Positions 1 to 13,713 of a stretch of DNA of 64,000 nt are shown piece by piece. Positions within the stretch are counted from its first letter, which is position 1; each line of letters begins with the position of its first letter. The position numbers were made by a program, and so were the translations under genes. The stretch lies in assembly GCF_009914755.1 (NCBI RefSeq), contig NC_060928.1. The stretch is one strand, 5' to 3'. The notes under the pieces were generated by a model. The model had not been told where the DNA came from. It saw only the letters and a program-made list of their open reading frames with translations, and searched no databases. This DNA is from the human T2T-CHM13v2.0 reference genome, Homo sapiens.

Positions 1-235
1 TAGAGCCGGTTTGAAACACTCTTTCTGCACTACCTGGAAGAGGCCATTTCGAGCGCTTTGAGTCCTATGTTGAAAAAGGAAATATCTTCTCATAAAAACC
101 AGAAAGAAGCATTCTCAGAAACTTCTTTGTGTTGTGTGTACTCATGTAACAGTGTTGAACCATCCTTTTGACAGAGCAGTTTTGAAACACTCTTTTTGTA
201 GAATCTGCAAGTGGATATTTGGATAGCTTTGAGGA

Positions 236-252
236 TTTCGTTGGAAACGGGA
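236..252 (+). promoter_or_regulatory. CENP-B box (representative; also intact at 917, 1087, 1427, 1765, 2107, 2619, 2957 and at equivalent positions in other HOR copies)
   Basis: tttcgttggaaacggga matches the 9 essential bases NTTCGNNNNANNCGGGN. Confidence 0.95.
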
Positions 253-573
253 TGACATATAATATCTAGAGAGAAGCATTCTCAGGAACTTCTTTGTGCT
301 GTTTGCATTCAAGTCACAGAATTGAACATTCCCTTTCATAGAGCAGATTTGAAACACTCTTTCTCTAGTATCTGGAAGTGGGCATTTCAAGCGCTTTCAG
401 GCCTATTGAGAGAAAGGAAATACCTTCAAATAAAAACTAGACAGAAGCATTCTCAGAAACTTATTTGTGATGTGTGTCCTCAACTAACAGAGTTGAACCT
501 TTGTTTTGATACAGCATTTTGGAAACACTCCTTTTGTAGAATCTGCAGGTGGATATTTGGATAGCTTTGAAGA

Positions 574-590
574 TTTCGTTGGAAACCGGA
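574..590 (+). promoter_or_regulatory. Degenerate CENP-B box of monomer c (others: monomer m at 2277-2293, and monomer q)
   Basis: tttcgttggaaaccgga has CCGG in place of CGGG; m has AGGG and q has GGGG. Confidence 0.85.
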
Positions 591-745
591 ATATCTTCAT
601 ATAAAATCAAGACAGAAGCATTCTCGGAAACATCTCTGTGATGTTTGCATTCAACTCAGTAGAGTTGAACACTTCCTTTCATAGAGCCGGTTTGAAACAC
701 TCTTTCTGCACTACCTGGAAGCGGACATTTCGAGCGTTTTGAGGC

Positions 746-762
746 CTATGGTGAAAAAGGAA
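746..762 (+). promoter_or_regulatory. A-box / pJ-alpha-type motif of A-type monomers (representative)
   Basis: ctatggtgaaaaaggaa sits at the position homologous to the CENP-B box; variants occur in the 8 A-type monomers b, d, g, i, k, n, p, s. Confidence 0.75.
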
Positions 763-3171
763 ATATCTTCTCATAAAAACCAGAAAGAAGCATTCTCAGA
801 AACTTCTTTGTGTTGTGTGTACTCAAGTAACAGTGTTGAACCTTCCTTTTGACACAGCAGTTTTGAAACACTCTTTTGGTAGAATCTGCAAGTGGATATT
901 TGGATAGCTTTGAGGATTTCGTTGGAAACGGGTTATCTTCATATAAAATCCAGACAGGAGCATTCTCAGAAACTTCTTTGTGCTGCATGTCCTCAATTCA
1001 CAGAGCTGAACCTTTGTTTGGATACAGCATTTTGGAAACATTCCTTTAGTAGAATCTGCAAGTTGATATTTAGATAGCTTTGAAGATTTCGTTGGAAACG
1101 GGAATATCTTCATAGAAAATCTAGACGGAAGCATTCTCAGAAACTGCTTTGTGATGTTTGCATTCAAGTCACAGAGTTGAATATTCCCTTTTATAGAGTA
1201 GGTTTGAAACACTCTTTCGGCACTACCTGGAAGTGGATATTTCGAGCTCTTTGAGGCCTATGGTTAAAAGGAAATATCTTCCCATAAAAACTAGACAGAA
1301 GCCGTCTCAGAAACTTGTTTGTGATGTGTGTATTCAACTAACAGAGTTGAACATTTCTGTTACAGAGCAATTTTAAAACACTCTTTTTGTGGAATCTGAA
1401 AGTGGATAATTGGATAGCTTTGTGGATTTCGTTGGAAACGGGATGACGTATAAAATCTAGATTGAAGCATTCTCAGGAACTTCTTTCTGATGTTTGCATT
1501 CAAGTCACAGAATTGAACATTCCTTTTCATAGTGCAGGTTTGAAACACTCTTTCTGTAGTATCTGGAAGTGGACATTTCAAGCGCTTTCAGGCCTACGGG
1601 GAGAAAGGAAATATCTTCAAATAAAAACTAGATAGAAGGATTCTCAGAAACTTATTTGTGATGTGTGTCCTAAACGAACACAGTTGAACCTTTGTTTTGA
1701 TACAGCATTTTGGAAACACTCCTTTTGTAGGATCTGCAGGTTGATATTTGGATAGATTTTAAGATTTCGTTGGAAACGGGAGTTTCTTCATAGAAACTCA
1801 AGACAGATGCTTTCTCAGAAACATCTCTGTGATGTTTGCATTCCACTCATAGATTTGAAAACTTCCTTTCATAGAGCAGGTTTGAAACACTCTTTTTGTA
1901 ATATTTGGAAGTGGACATTTGCAGCGCTTTGAGGCCTATGGTGAAAAAGGAAATATCTTCTCATAAAAACCAGAAACAAGCATTCTCAGAAACTTCTTTT
2001 TGATGTGTGTACTCAAGTAACAGAGTTGAACCTTCCTTTTGACACAGCAGTTTTGAAACAATCTTTTTGTAGAATCTGCAAGTGGATATTTGGATAGCTT
2101 TGAGGATTTCGTTGGAAACGGGATATCTTCATATAAAATCTAGACAGAAGCATTCTCAGAAACTTCTTTGTGCTGTATGTCCTCAATTAACAGAGTTGAA
2201 CCATTGCTTGGATACAGCATTTTGGAAACATTCCTTGAGTAGAATCTGCAAGTTGATATTTAGATAGATTTGAAGATTTCGTTGGAAAAGGGAATATCTC
2301 CATAGAAAATCTAGAGGGAAGCATTCTCAGAAACTGCTTTGTGATGTTTCCATTCAAGTCACAGAGTTGAATATTCCCTTTTATAGAGCACGTTTGAAAC
2401 ACTCTTTCTGCACTATCTGGAAGTGGACATTTCGAGCGCTTTGAGGCCTATGGTGAAAAAGGAAATATCTTCCCATAAAAACTAGACAGAAGCATTCTCA
2501 GAAACTTGTTTGTGATGTGTGTATTCAACTAACAGAGTTGAACTTTTGTTTTTACAGAGCCGTTTTAAAACACTCTTTTTGTGGAATCAGAAAGTGGATA
2601 TTCGGATGGCTCTGAGGATTTCGTTGGAAGCGGGATTACATATAAAATCTAGAGAGAAGCATTCTCAGGAACTTCTTTGTGATGTTTGCATTGAAGTCAC
2701 AGAATTGAACATTCACTTTGATAGAGCAGGTTTGAAACACTCATTCTGTAGTATCTGGAAGTGGACATTTCAAGCGCTTTCAGGCCTATGGTGAGAAAGG
2801 AAATATCTTCGAATAAAAACTAGACAGAAGCATCCTCAGAAACTTATTTGTGATGTGTGTCCTCAACTAACAGAGTTGAAACTTTGTTTTGATACAGCAT
2901 TTTGGAAACACTCCTTTTGTAGAATCTGCAGGTGGATATGTGGATAGCTCTGAAGATTTCGTTGGAAACGGGAATTTCTTCATATAAAATCAAACAGAAG
3001 CATTCTCAGAAACTTCTCAGTGATGTTTGCATTCAGCTCATGGAGTTGAACACTTCCTTTCATAGAGCCGGTTTGAAACACTCTTTCTGCACTACCTGGA
3101 AGAGGCCATTTCGAGCGCTTTGAGTCCTATGTTGAAAAAGGAAATATCTTCTCATAAAAACCAGAAAGAAG

Positions 3172-6100
3172 CATTCTCAGAAACTTCTTTGTGTTGTGTG
3201 TACTCATGTAACAGTGTTGAACCATCCTTTTGACAGAGCAGTTTTGAAACACTCTTTTTGTAGAATCTGCAAGTGGATATTTGGATAGCTTTGAGGATTT
3301 CGTTGGAAACGGGATGACATATAATATCTAGAGAGAAGCATTCTCAGGAACTTCTTTGTGCTGTTTGCATTCAAGTCACAGAATTGAACATTCCCTTTCA
3401 TAGAGCAGATTTGAAACACTCTTTCTCTAGTATCTGGAAGTGGGCATTTCAAGCGCTTTCAGGCCTATTGAGAGAAAGGAAATACCTTCAAATAAAAACT
3501 AGACAGAAGCATTCTCAGAAACTTATTTGTGATGTGTGTCCTCAACTAACAGAGTTGAACCTTTGTTTTGATACAGCATTTTGGAAACACTCCTTTTGTA
3601 GAATCTGCAGGTGGATATTTGGATAGCTTTGAAGATTTCGTTGGAAACCGGAATATCTTCATATAAAATCAAGACAGAAGCATTCTCGGAAACATCTCTG
3701 TGATGTTTGCATTCAACTCAGTAGAGTTGAACACTTCCTTTCATAGAGCCGGTTTGAAACACTCTTTCTGCACTACCTGGAAGCGGACATTTCGAGCGCT
3801 TTGAGGCCTATGGTGAAAAAGGAAATATCTTCTCATAAAAACCAGAAAGAAGCATTCTCAGAAACTTCTTTGTGTTGTGTGTACTCAAGTAACAGTGTTG
3901 AACCTTCCTTTTGACACAGCAGTTTTGAAACACTCTTTTGGTAGAATCTGCAAGTGGATATTTGGATAGCTTTGAGGATTTCGTTGGAAACGGGTTATCT
4001 TCATATAAAATCCAGACAGGAGCATTCTCAGAAACTTCTTTGTGCTGCATGTCCTCAATTCACAGAGCTGAACCTTTGTTTGGATACAGCATTTTGGAAA
4101 CATTCCTTTAGTAGAATCTGCAAGTTGATATTTAGATAGCTTTGAAGATTTCGTTGGAAACGGGAATATCTTCATAGAAAATCTAGACGGAAGCATTCTC
4201 AGAAACTGCTTTGTGATGTTTGCATTCAAGTCACAGAGTTGAATATTCCCTTTTATAGAGTAGGTTTGAAACACTCTTTCGGCACTACCTGGAAGTGGAT
4301 ATTTCGAGCTCTTTGAGGCCTATGGTTAAAAGGAAATATCTTCCCATAAAAACTAGACAGAAGCCGTCTCAGAAACTTGTTTGTGATGTGTGTATTCAAC
4401 TAACAGAGTTGAACATTTCTGTTACAGAGCAATTTTAAAACACTCTTTTTGTGGAATCTGAAAGTGGATAATTGGATAGCTTTGTGGATTTCGTTGGAAA
4501 CGGGATGACGTATAAAATCTAGATTGAAGCATTCTCAGGAACTTCTTTCTGATGTTTGCATTCAAGTCACAGAATTGAACATTCCTTTTCATAGTGCAGG
4601 TTTGAAACACTCTTTCTGTAGTATCTGGAAGTGGACATTTCAAGCGCTTTCAGGCCTACGGGGAGAAAGGAAATATCTTCAAATAAAAACTAGATAGAAG
4701 GATTCTCAGAAACTTATTTGTGATGTGTGTCCTAAACGAACACAGTTGAACCTTTGTTTTGATACAGCATTTTGGAAACACTCCTTTTGTAGGATCTGCA
4801 GGTTGATATTTGGATAGATTTTAAGATTTCGTTGGAAACGGGAGTTTCTTCATAGAAACTCAAGACAGATGCATTCTCAGAAACATCTCTGTGATGTTTG
4901 CATTCCACTCATAGATTTGAAAACTTCCTTTCATAGAGCAGGTTTGAAACACTCTTTTTGTAATATTTGGAAGTGGACATTTGCAGCGCTTTGAGGCCTA
5001 TGGTGAAAAAGGAAATATCTTCTCATAAAAACCAGAAACAAGCATTCTCAGAAACTTCTTTTTGATGTGTGTACTCAAGTAACAGAGTTGAACCTTCCTT
5101 TTGACACAGCAGTTTTGAAACAATCTTTTTGTAGAATCTGCAAGTGGATATTTGGATAGCTTTGAGGATTTCGTTGGAAACGGGATATCTTCATATAAAA
5201 TCTAGACAGAAGCATTCTCAGAAACTTCTTTGTGCTGTATGTCCTCAATTAACAGAGTTGAACCATTGCTTGGATACAGCATTTTGGAAACATTCCTTGA
5301 GTAGAATCTGCAAGTTGATATTTAGATAGATTTGAAGATTTCGTTGGAAAAGGGAATATCTCCATAGAAAATCTAGAGGGAAGCATTCTCAGAAACTGCT
5401 TTGTGATGTTTCCATTCAAGTCACAGAGTTGAATATTCCCTTTTATAGAGCACGTTTGAAACACTCTTTCTGCACTATCTGGAAGTGGACATTTCGAGCG
5501 CTTTGAGGCCTATGGTGAAAAAGGAAATATCTTCCCATAAAAACTAGACAGAAGCATTCTCAGAAACTTGTTTGTGATGTGTGTATTCAACTAACAGAGT
5601 TGAACTTTTGTTTTTACAGAGCCGTTTTAAACACTCTTTTTGTGGAATCAGAAAGTGGATATTCGGATGGCTCTGAGGATTTCGTTGGAAGCGGGATTAC
5701 ATATAAAATCTAGAGAGAAGCATTCTCAGGAACTTCTTTGTGATGTTTGCATTGAAGTCACAGAATTGAACATTCACTTTGATAGAGCAGGTTTGAAACA
5801 CTCATTCTGTAGTATCTGGAAGTGGACATTTCAAGCGCTTTCAGGCCTATGGTGAGAAAGGAAATATCTTCGAATAAAAACTAGACAGAAGCATCCTCAG
5901 AAACTTATTTGTGATGTGTGTCCTCAACTAACAGAGTTGAAACTTTGTTTTGATACAGCATTTTGGAAACACTCTTTTTGTAGAATCTGCAGGTGGATAT
6001 TTGGATAGCTTAGAGGGATTCGTTGGAAAGGGGATATCTTCATATAAAATCTAGACAGAAGCATTCTCAGAAACTTATTTGTGATGTGTGTCCTCAACTA

Positions 6101-6402
6101 ACAGAGTTGAACCTTGGTTTTGATACAGCATTTTGGAAACGCTCCTTTTGTAGAATCTGCAGGTGGATATGTGGATAGCTCTGAAGATTTCGTTGGAAAC
6201 GGGAATTTCTTCATATAAAATCAAACAGAAGCATTCTCAGAAACTTCTCAGTGATGTTTGCATTCAGCTCATGGAGTTGAACACTTCCTTTCATAGAGCC
6301 GGTTTGAAACACTCTTTCTGCACTACCTGGAAGAGGACATTTCGAGCGCTTTGAGTCCTATGGTGAAAAAGGAAATATCTTCTCATAAAAACCAGAAAGA
6401 AG
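3172..6402 (+). repeat. Full 19-mer HOR (3231 bp; 1-bp deletion in an A-run near 5630)
   Basis: Both q (5892) and r (6062) are present; gccgttttaaacactc here versus the usual gccgttttaaaacactc. Confidence 0.92.
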
Positions 6403-9400
6403 CATTCTCAGAAACTTCTTTGTGTTGTGTGTACTCATGTAACAGTGTTGAACCATCCTTTTGACAGAGCAGTTTTGAAACACTCTTTTTGTAGAATCTG
6501 CAAGTGGATATTTGGATAGCTTTGAGGATTTCGTTGGAAACGGGATGACATATAATATCTAGAGAGAAGCATTCTCAGGTACTTCTTTGTGATGTTTGCA
6601 TTCAAGTCACAGAATTGAACATTCCCTTTCATAGAGCAGGTTTGAAACACTCTTTCTCTAGTATCTGGAAGTGGGCATTTCAAGCGCTTTCAGGCCTATG
6701 GAGAGAAAGGAAATACCTTCAAATAAAAACTAGACAGAAGCATTCTCAGAAACTTATTTGTGATGTGTGTCCTCAACTAACAGAGTTGAACCTTTGTTTT
6801 GATACAGCATTTTGGAAACACTCCTTTTGTAGAATCTGCAGGTGGATATTTGGATAACTTTGAAGATTTCGTTGGAAACCGGAATATCTTCATATAAAAT
6901 CAAGACAGAAGCATTCTCGGAAACATCTCTGTGATGTTTGCATTCAACTCAGTAGAGTTGAACACTTCCTTTCATAGAGCCGGTTTGAAACACTCTTTCT
7001 GCACTACCTGGAAGCGGACATTTCGAGCGCTTTGAGGCCTATGGTGAAAAAGGAAATATCTTCTCATAAAAACCAGAAAGAAGCATTCTCAGAAACTTCT
7101 TTGTGTTGTGTGTACTCAAGTAACAGTGTTGAACCTTCCTGTTGACACAGCAGTTTTGAAACACTCTTTTGGTAGAATCTGCAAGTGGATATTTGGATAG
7201 CTTTGAGGATTTTGTTGGAAACGGGTTATCTTCATATAAAATCCAGACAGGAGCATTCTCAGAAACTTCTTTGTGCTGCATGTCCTCAATTCACAGAGCT
7301 GAACCTTTGTTTGGATACAGCATTTTGGAAACATTCCTTTAGTAGAATCTGCAAGTTGATATTTAGATAGCTTTGAAGATTTCGTTGGAAACGGGAATAT
7401 CTTCATAGAAAATCTAGACGGAAGCATTCTCAGAAACTGCTTTGTGATGTTTGCATTCAAGTCACAGAGTTGAATATTCCCTTTTATAGAGTAGGTTTGA
7501 AACACTCTTTCGGCACTACCTGGAAGTGGATATTTCGAGCTCTTTGAGGCCTATGGTTAAAAGGAAATATCTTCCCATAAAAACTAGACAGAAGCCGTCT
7601 CAGAAACTTGTTTGTGATGTGTGTATTCAACTAACAGAGTTGAACATTTCTGTTACAGAGCAATTTTAAAACACTCTTTTTGTGGAATCTGAAAGTGGAT
7701 AATTGGATAGCTTTGTGGATTTCGTTGGAAACGGGATGACGTATAAAATCTAGAGAGAAGCATTCTCAGGAACTTCTTTCTGATGTTTGCATTCAAGTCA
7801 CAGAATTGAACATTCCTTTTCATAGTGCAGGTTTGAAACACTCTTTCTGTAGTATCTGGAAGTGGACATTTCAAGCGCTTTCAGGCCTACGGGGAGAAAG
7901 GAAATATCTTCAAATAAAAACTAGACAGAAGGATTCTCAGAAACTTATTTGTGATGTGTGTCCTAAACGAACACAGTTGAACCTTTGTTTAGATACAGCA
8001 TTTTGGAAACACTCCTTTTGTAGGATCTGCAGGTGGATATTTGGATAGATTTTAAGATTTCGTTGGAAACGGGAGTTTCTTCATAGAAACTCAAGACAGA
8101 TGCATTCTCAGAAACATCTCTGTGATGTTTGCATTCCACTCATAGAGTTGAAAACTTCCTTTCATAGAGCAGGTTTGAAACACTCTTTTTGTAATATTTG
8201 GAAGTGGAGATTTGCAGCGCTTTGAGGCCTATGGTGAAAAAGGAAATATCTTCTCATAAAAACCAGAAACAAGCATTCTCAGAAACTTCTTTTTGATGTG
8301 TGTACTCAAGTAACAGAGTTGAACCTTCCTTTTGACACAGCAGTTTTGAAACAATCTTTTTGTAGAATCTGCAAGTGGATATTTGGATAGCTTTGAGGAT
8401 TTCGTTGGAAACGGGATATCTTCATATAAAATCTAGACAGAAGCATTCTCAGAAACTTCTTTGTGCTGTATGTCCTCAATTAACAGAGTTGAACCATTGC
8501 TTGGATACAGCATTTTGGAAACATTCCTTGAGTAGAATCTGCAAGTTGATATTTAGATAGATTTGAAGATTTCGTTGGAAAAGGGAATATCTCCATATAA
8601 AATCTAGACGGAAGCATTCTCAGAAACTGCTTTGTGATGTTTCCATTCAAGTCACAGAGTTGAATATTCCCTTTTATAGAGCACGTTTGAAACACTCTTT
8701 CTGCACTATCTGGAAGTGGACATTTCGAGCGCTTTGAGGCCTATGGTGAAAAAGGAAATATCTTCCCATAAAAATTAGACAGAAGCATTCTCAGAAACTT
8801 GTTTGTGATGTGTGTATTCAACTAACAGAGTTGAACTTTTGTTTTTACAGAGCCGTTTTAAAACACTCTTTTTGTGGAATCAGAAAGTGGATATTCGGAT
8901 GGCTCTGAGGATTTCGTTGGAAGCGGGATTACATATAAAATCTAGAGAGAAGCATTCTCAGGAACTTCTTTGTGATGTTTGCATTGAAGTCACAGAATTG
9001 AACATTCACTTTGATAGAGCAGGTTTGAAACACTCATTCTGTAGTATCTGGAAGTGGACATTTCAAGCGCTTTCAGGCCTATGGTGAGAAAGGAAATATC
9101 TTCGAATAAAAACTAGACAGAAGCATCCTCAGAAACTTATTTGTGATGTGTGTCCTCAACTAACAGAGTTGAAACTTTGTTTTGATACAGCATTTTGGAA
9201 ACACTCCTTTTGTAGAATCTGCAGGTGGATATGTGGATAGCTCTGAAGATTTCGTTGGAAACGGGAATTTCTTCATATAAAATCAAACAGAAGCATTCTC
9301 AGAAACTTCTCAGTGATGTTTGCATTCAGCTCATGGAGTTGAACACTTCCTTTCATAGAGCCGGTTTGAAACACTCTTTCTGCACTACCTGGAAGAGGCC

Positions 9401-9464
9401 ATTTCGAGCGCTTTGAGTCCTATGGTGAAAAAGGAAATATCTTCTCATAAAAACCAGAAAGAAG

Positions 9465-10651
9465 CATTCTCAGAAACTTCTTTGTGTTGTGTGTACTCAT
9501 GTAACAGTGTTGAACCATCCTTTTGACAGAGCAGTTTTGAAACACTCTTTTTGTAGAATCTGCAAGTGGATATTTGGATAGCTTTGAGGATTTCGTTGGA
9601 AACGGGATGACATATAATATCTAGAGAGAAGCATTCTCAGGAACTTCTTTGTGCTGTTTGCATTCAAGTCACAGAATTGAACATTCCCTTTCATAGAGCA
9701 GATTTGAAACACTCTTTCTCTAGTATCTGGAAGTGGGCATTTCAAGCGCTTTCAGGCCTATTGAGAGAAAGGAAATACCTTCAAATAAAAACTAGACAGA
9801 AGCATTCTCAGAAACTTGTTTGTGATGTGTGTATTCAACTAACAGAGTTGAACTTTTGTTTTTACAGAGCCGTTTTAAAACACTCTTTTTGTGGAATCAG
9901 AAAGTGGATATTCGGATGGCTCTGAGGATTTCGTTGGAAGCGGGATTACGTATAAAATCTAGAGAGAAGCATTCTCAGGAACTTCTTTGTGATGTTTGCA
10001 TTGAAGTCACAGAATTGAACATTCACTTTGATAGAGCAGGTTTGAAACACTCATTCTGTAGTATCTGGAAGTGGACATTTCAAGCGCTTTCAGGCCTATG
10101 GTGAGAAAGGAAATATCTTCGAATAAAAACTAGACAGAAGCATCCTCAGAAACTTATTTGTGATGTGTGTCCTCAACTAACAGAGTTGAAACTTTGTTTT
10201 GATACAGCATTTTGGAAACACTCTTTTTGTAGAATCTGCAGGTGGATATTTGGATAGCTTAGAGGGATTCGTTGGAAAGGGGATATCTTCATATAAAATC
10301 TAGACAGAAGCATTCTCAGAAACTTATTTGTGATGTGTGTCCTCAACTAACAGAGTTGAACCTTGGTTTTCATACAGCATTTTGGAAACGCTCCTTTTGT
10401 AGAATCTGCAGGTGGATATGTGGATAGCTCTGAAGATTTCGTTGGAAACGGGAATTTCTTCATATAAAATCAAACAGAAGCATTCTCAGAAACTTCTCAG
10501 TGATGTTTGCATTCAGCTCATGGAGTTGAACACTTCCTTTCATAGAGCCGGTTTGAAACACTCTTTCTGCACTACCTGGAAGAGGACATTTCGAGCGCTT
10601 TGAGTCCTATGGTGAAAAAGGAAATATCTTCTCATAAAAACCAGAAAGAAG
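9465..10651 (+). repeat. 7-mer HOR variant a-b-o-p-q-r-s (1187 bp)
   Basis: Monomer b is followed directly by o at 9803 (gaaacttgtttgtg...tttacagagccg); 3232-2045=1187. Confidence 0.92.
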
Positions 10652-13600
10652 CATTCTCAGAAACTTCTTTGTGTTGTGTGTACTCATGTAACAGTGTTGA
10701 ACCATCCTTTTGACAGAGCAGTTTTGAAACACTCTTTTTGTAGAATCTGCAAGTGGATATTTGGATAGCTTTGAGGATTTCGTTGGAAACGGGATGACAT
10801 ATAATATCTAGAGAGAAGCATACTCAGGAACTTCTTTGTGATGTTTGCATTCAAGTCACAGAATTGAACATTCCCTTTCATAGAGCAGGTTTGAAACACT
10901 CTTTCTCTAGTATCTGGAAGTGGGCATTTCAAGCGCTTTCAGGCCTATGGAGAGAAAGGAAATACCTTCAAATAAAAACTAGACAGAAGCATTCTCAGAA
11001 ACTTATTTGTGATGTGTGTCCTCAACTAACAGAGTTGAACCTTTGTTTTGATACAGCATTTTGGAAACACTCCTTTTGTAGAATCTGCAGGTGGATATTT
11101 GGATAACTTTGAAGATTTCGTTGGAAACCGGAATATCTTCATATAAAATCAAGACAGAAGCATTCTCGGAAACATCTCTGTGATGTTTGCATTCAACTCA
11201 GTAGAGTTGAACACTTCCTTTCATAGAGCAGGTTTGAAACACTCTTTCTGCACTACCTGGAAGCGGACATTTCGAGCGCTTTGAGGCCTATGGTGAAAAA
11301 GGAAATATCTTCTCATAAAAACCAGAAAGAAGCATTCTCAGAAACTTCTTTGTGTTGTGTGTACTCAAGTAACAGTGTTGAACCTTCCTTTTGACACAGC
11401 AGTTTTGAAACACTCTTTTGGTAGAATCTGCAAGTGGATATTTGGATAGCTTTGAGGATTTCGTTGGAAACGGGTTATCTTCATATAAAATCCAGACAGG
11501 AGCATTCTCAGAAACTTCTTTGTGCTGCATGTCCTCAATTCACAGAGCTGAACCTTTGTTTGGATACAGCATTTTGGAAACATTCCTTTAGTAGAATCTG
11601 CAAGTTGATATTTAGATAGCTTTGAAGATTTCGTTGGAAACGGGAATATCTTCATAGAAAATCTAGACGGAAGCATTCTCAGAAACTGCTTTGTGATGTT
11701 TGCATTCAAGTCACAGAGTTGAATATTCCCTTTTATAGAGTAGGTTTGAAACACTCTTTCGGCACTACCTGGAAGTGGATATTTCGAGCTCTTTGAGGCC
11801 TATGGTTAAAAGGAAATATCTTCCCATAAAAACTAGACAGAAGCCGTCTCAGAAACTTGTTTGTGATGTGTGTATTCAACTAACAGAGTTGAACATTTCT
11901 GTTACAGAGCAATTTTAAAACACTCTTTTTGTGGAATCTGAAAGTGGATAATTGGATAGCTTTGTGGATTTCGTTGGAAACGGGATGACGTATAAAATCT
12001 AGAGAGAAGCATTCTCAGGAACTTCTTTGTGATGTTTGCATTCAAGTCACAGAATTGAACATTCCTTTTCATAGTGCAGGTTTGAAACACTCTTTCTGTA
12101 GTATCTGGAAGTGGACATTTCAAGCGCTTTCAGGCCTACGGGGAGAAAGGAAATATCTTCAAATAAAAACTAGACAGAAGGATTCTCAGAAACTTATTTG
12201 TGATGTGTGTCCTAAACGAACACAGTTGAACCTTTGTTTAGATACAGCATTTTGGAAACACTCCTTTTGTAGGATCTGCAGGTGGATATTTGGATAGATT
12301 TTAAGATTTCGTTGGAAACGGGAGTTTCTTCATAGAAACTCAAGACAGATGCATTCTCAGAAACATCTCTGTGATGTTTGCATTCCACTCATAGAGTTGA
12401 AAACTTCCTTTCATAGAGCAGGTTTGAAACACTCTTTTTGTAATATTTGGAAGTGGACATTTGCAGCGCTTTGAGGCCTATGGTGAAAAAGGAAATATCT
12501 TCTCATAAAAACCAGAAACAAGCATTCTCAGAAACTTCATTTTGATGTGTGTACTCAAGTAACAGAGTTGAACCTTCCTTTTGACACAGCAGTTTTGAAA
12601 CAATCTTTTTGTAGAATCTGCAAGTGGATATTTGGATAGCTTTGAGGATTTCGTTGGAAACGGGATATCTTCATATAAAATCTAGACAGAAGCATTCTCA
12701 GAAACTTCTTTGTGCTGTATGTCCTCAATTAACAGAGTTGAACCATTGCTTGGATACAGCATTTTGGAAACATTCCTTGAGTAGAATCTGCAAGTTGATA
12801 TTTAGATAGATTTGAAGATTTCGTTGGAAAAGGGAATATCTCCATATAAAATCTAGACGGAAGCATTCTCAGAAACTGCTTTGTGATGTTTCCATTCAAG
12901 TCACAGAGTTGAATATTCCCTTTTATAGAGCACGTTTGAAACACTCTTTCTGCACTATCTGGAAGTGGACATTTCGAGCGCTTTGAGGCCTATGGTGAAA
13001 AAGGAATTATCTTCCCATAAAAATTAGACAGAAGCATTCTCAGAAACTTGTTTGTGATGTGTGTATTCAACTAACAGAGTTGAACTTTTGTTTTTACAGA
13101 GCCGTTTTAAAACACTCTTTTTGTGGAATCAGAAAGTGGATATTCGGATGGCTCTGAGGATTTCGTTGGAAGCGGGATTACATATAAAATCTAGAGAGAA
13201 GCATTCTCAGGAACTTCTTTGTGATGTTTGCATTGAAGTCACAGAATTGAACATTCACTTTGATAGAGCAGGTTTGAAACACTCATTCTGTAGTATCTGG
13301 AAGTGGACATTTCAAGCGCTTTCAGGCCTATGGTGAAAAAGGAAATATCTTCGAATAAAAACTAGACAGAAGCATCCTCAGAAACTTATTTGTGATGTGT
13401 GTCCTCAACTAACAGAGTTGAAACTTTGTTTTGATACAGCATTTTGGAAACACTCCTTTTGTAGAATCTGCAGGTGGATATGTGGATAGCTCTGAAGATT
13501 TCGTTGGAAACGGGAATTTCTTCATATAAAATCAAACAGAAGCATTCTCAGAAACTTCTCAGTGATGTTTGCATTCAGCTCATGGAGTTGAACACTTCCT

Positions 13601-13713
13601 TTCATAGAGTCGGTTTGAAACACTCTTTCTGCACTACCTGGAAGAGGCCATTTCGAGCGCTTTGAGTCCTATGGTGAAAAAGGAAATATCTTCTCATAAA
13701 AACCAGAAAGAAG

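Larger units (their letters stand above)
110..3171 (+). repeat. 18-mer HOR variant (3062 bp): a-p, q/r hybrid, s
   Basis: Monomer starts 110, 277, 448, 619, 791, 961, 1132, 1302, 1468, 1639, 1810, 1981, 2151, 2322, 2493, 2660, 2831, 3001. The monomer at 2831 begins as q (catcctc, gaaactttg) and ends as r (gatatgtggatagctctg). Confidence 0.93.

Noticed and set aside
385-405. Short palindromes (aagcgctt, aggcct) as hairpin or terminator signals
   Set aside because: These are 6-8 bp dyads typical of alphoid A-type monomers, with no evidence of a specific function from sequence alone.
110-3171. Assignment to the chr6 18-mer (D6Z1, ~3.06 kb) because of the 3062-bp period
   Set aside because: The 18-mer here is a q/r-hybrid deletion derivative of the 3232-bp 19-mer, and the monomers look SF2-like whereas D6Z1 is SF1.
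5625-5635. 1-bp deletions in homopolymers (A-run ~5630, T-run ~54091)
   Set aside because: Singletons in homopolymer runs; they cannot be distinguished from sequencing or consensus error.
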